A DNA stretch of 64,000 nucleotides from Malacoraja senta (taxonomy: Eukaryota): positions 124,001 through 188,000 of the forward strand of contig JAXLNO010000062.1 in the NCBI GenBank assembly GCA_038087875.1, in the 5' to 3' direction. Both the position numbers and the translations under genes were made by a program. Below are positions 61,966-64,000 of the stretch, piece by piece. The first letter of the stretch is position 1, and each line of letters begins with the position of its first letter. The notes beneath the pieces are model-generated. The model searched no databases and was not told the origin of the DNA. It was given only the letters and a program-made list of their open reading frames with translations.

Positions 61966-62356
61966 ATAGAAACATAGAAAATAGGTGCATGAGTAGGCCA
62001 TTCAGCCCTTGCAGCCAGAACCACCATTCAATATTATCATGGCTGATCATCCAGAATCGTAACCTTGTTCCTGCTTTCTCCCCATATCCCTTGATTCCAT
62101 TAGCCTTAAGTGCTATATCTAACTCTCTCTTGAATACATCCAGTTATTTGCCCTACACTGCCACGTGTGACATAGAATTCCACAGATTCACAACTCTCTG
62201 GGTGAAAAGGGTTTTCCTCATCTCAGTCGTAAATGGCCTACCCCTTATTCTCCCCCAACATGGGAAACATTTTTTCCAGCATCTAGCCTATCCAATTCCT
62301 TAAACATGTTATGTTTCTATAAGATCCCATCTTATGCTTCAAAATTCCAGTGAATA
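61966..62356 (-). mobile_element. Old CR1 3' fragment, host of the Helitron
   Basis: ATAGAAACATAGAAAATAGGTGC tail; continues as TAAGC at 63996. Confidence 0.8.
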
Positions 62357-63995
62357 CTAGACTAAGTGGGCCCCTTTGGGTCCCATGTTTACACGGCAGG
62401 GCTGGTCATCCCACGCAATATTCCACCTCTCCACCAATTCCAATATTGGTGGTCGGGGGGGGGCTTCCTGGAGTGCTGGTATGGGTGTTGTTGGCTGCAG
62501 GGACTACTGGTCTCCAGAGGGCTAGTATGGACATTGTGGGCCAAATGGATTCTTGGGGTGGCAGCTCAGTCCCTCACGCCTGATGTGCTGGCAGCTCACT
62601 CACGGCTGGTGGGCTGGCAGTTGACTCACGGCTATTCCTTGAAATTCCATTTCAAGCAGAGTGCAAGGCCATCAAATTCAAATCCAGTTTCTTACCTCTT
62701 CGAGCAGGGTGCAAGGCCACAAAATTCAAGTGCAGTTTCATACCACTTCAAGCAGGGTGCAAGGCCACCGAATTCAGGTTCAGTTTCCTACCACTTCAAG
62801 CAGGGTGCAAGGCCACCAAATTCAAATGCAGTTTCATACCATTTCATGCATGGTGCAACAACACCACATTCAAATGCAGTTTCATACCATTTCATGCAGG
62901 GTGCAAGGCCACCACATTCAATGCAGTTTCATACTATTTCAAGCAGGGTGAAACCACCATAAAAAACACCATAAAACCACACGAAACACCACACTCACAG
63001 TTCAGTAGACATTCAGTGTGTTCAGTTGATTCACAGCTCAGACAGAGTCGTGACCTCTCCCTCCCCCATCATGCGGAGACTGAGTGGGAGGGATTATAAA
63101 ACCACACTTCCGGGTTTTATAATTCCCTCCCCCTCCCACCGGAAAAGGTGTGACCTTCATGGCGTGATTAACAGGAGAGAGATTCTCAACATTTTTTAAA
63201 CACTAATAACACTTGTTTTTCATTGATGGGAAGAATCCTCTGTACCTGATGAGCTGAGGGGAACTGAGTAAGATGGCCAAAAATCACAGCCGTAAGTGGT
63301 AGCGTTTGATCTAAAATCAATGTAGTGCAAACAGGAAGTTGTCAAGTTTAGACAAACAACCATTTGCAGGCAGTGCCTTTTCACTTCAACCCAACCCCCC
63401 CCCCAAACAACCATTTGCAGGCAGTGCCTTTTCACTTCAACCCAAACCCCCCAAACAACCATTTGCAGGCAGTGCCTTTTCACTTCAACCCAAACCCCCC
63501 AAACAACCATTTGCAGGCAGTGCATTTTTACTTCAACCCAAACCCCCCAAACAACCATTTGCAGGCAGTGCCTTTTTACTTCAACCCAAACCCCCCCAAA
63601 GAACCATTTGCAGGCAGTGCCTTTTTACTTCAAACCAATCATATTTTCATTTTCAAACCACATTAAGGGCACTCACAGTTGAGTAGACATGTGTTCAGTG
63701 TTATTCAGAGAGACGTGACCCTCTGGCTTCCTCCATCTTGCAGAGACTGAGTGAGGCACACCACTTCCTGGTTTTATAGTCCCTCCCACTCCCTCCAGCA
63801 GGGGCAGCAGAGAGAATGGCAAATGTTTTAAAAACTCTGATTTTTCATCGATGGGAAAAATCCTCTGGTCCCAGAAGGCGGAGGGGGGCTCTGAGCGAGG
63901 TGGCCAAAATTGACGGCCGTAGGTGGCAGCGTTCTCTTGGAAATCACAGCACAGCGAGCCAAAAGCGGTCAAGATCAGACTTTTAGTAATATAGA
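62357..63995 (-). mobile_element. Complete non-autonomous Helitron
   Basis: On the minus strand: 5' TCTATATTAC..., 3' hairpin TGGGACCC-AAA-GGGGCCCA then ...TCTAG; inserted between A and T with no TSD; empty site GTGAATA|TAAGC matches the CR1 copy at ~51095; two internal ~48-bp minisatellites. Confidence 0.85.
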
Positions 63996-64000
63996 TAAGC

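Noticed and set aside
62366..63686. Repetitive ORFs (198 aa, 115 aa, 112 aa)
   Set aside because: Translations of 48-bp minisatellites inside a non-autonomous Helitron.

Overview
Eukaryotic, transposon-saturated vertebrate DNA, most likely a cartilaginous fish (skate/ray/shark), inferred from the HER1-type CR1 LINEs and HE1-like SINEs. No prokaryotic features, CRISPR arrays, rRNA or tRNA genes were seen. Main contents: (1) 0.8-16.7 kb, a polypyrimidine satellite punctuated by about 16 copies of a conserved ~50-bp motif shaped like a spliceable 28-nt micro-exon, invaded by a CR1 LINE that itself carries a Harbinger DNA transposon; (2) 20.2-29 kb, a 3'-truncated fish-type (epsilon/gamma-like) endogenous retrovirus with a tRNA-Ser primer site, gag-TAG-readthrough-pol, env, and an extra 2H-phosphoesterase (CNPase-like) domain between protease and RT; (3) 29-47 kb, nested CR1, L2, Gypsy, solo LTR, short Penelope-like and L1 insertions, including an intact 1266-aa L1 ORF2, a 430-bp inverted duplication and a 1.3-kb direct duplication; (4) a spliced minus-strand exon encoding a ZSWIM3-N-like (MULE-related) domain at 49.6-49.9 kb, a CpG-island promoter at ~56.2 kb with candidate divergent exons, nested DNA transposons, and a complete non-autonomous Helitron at the right end. 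Family assignments come from motif recognition by eye; no searches were run.
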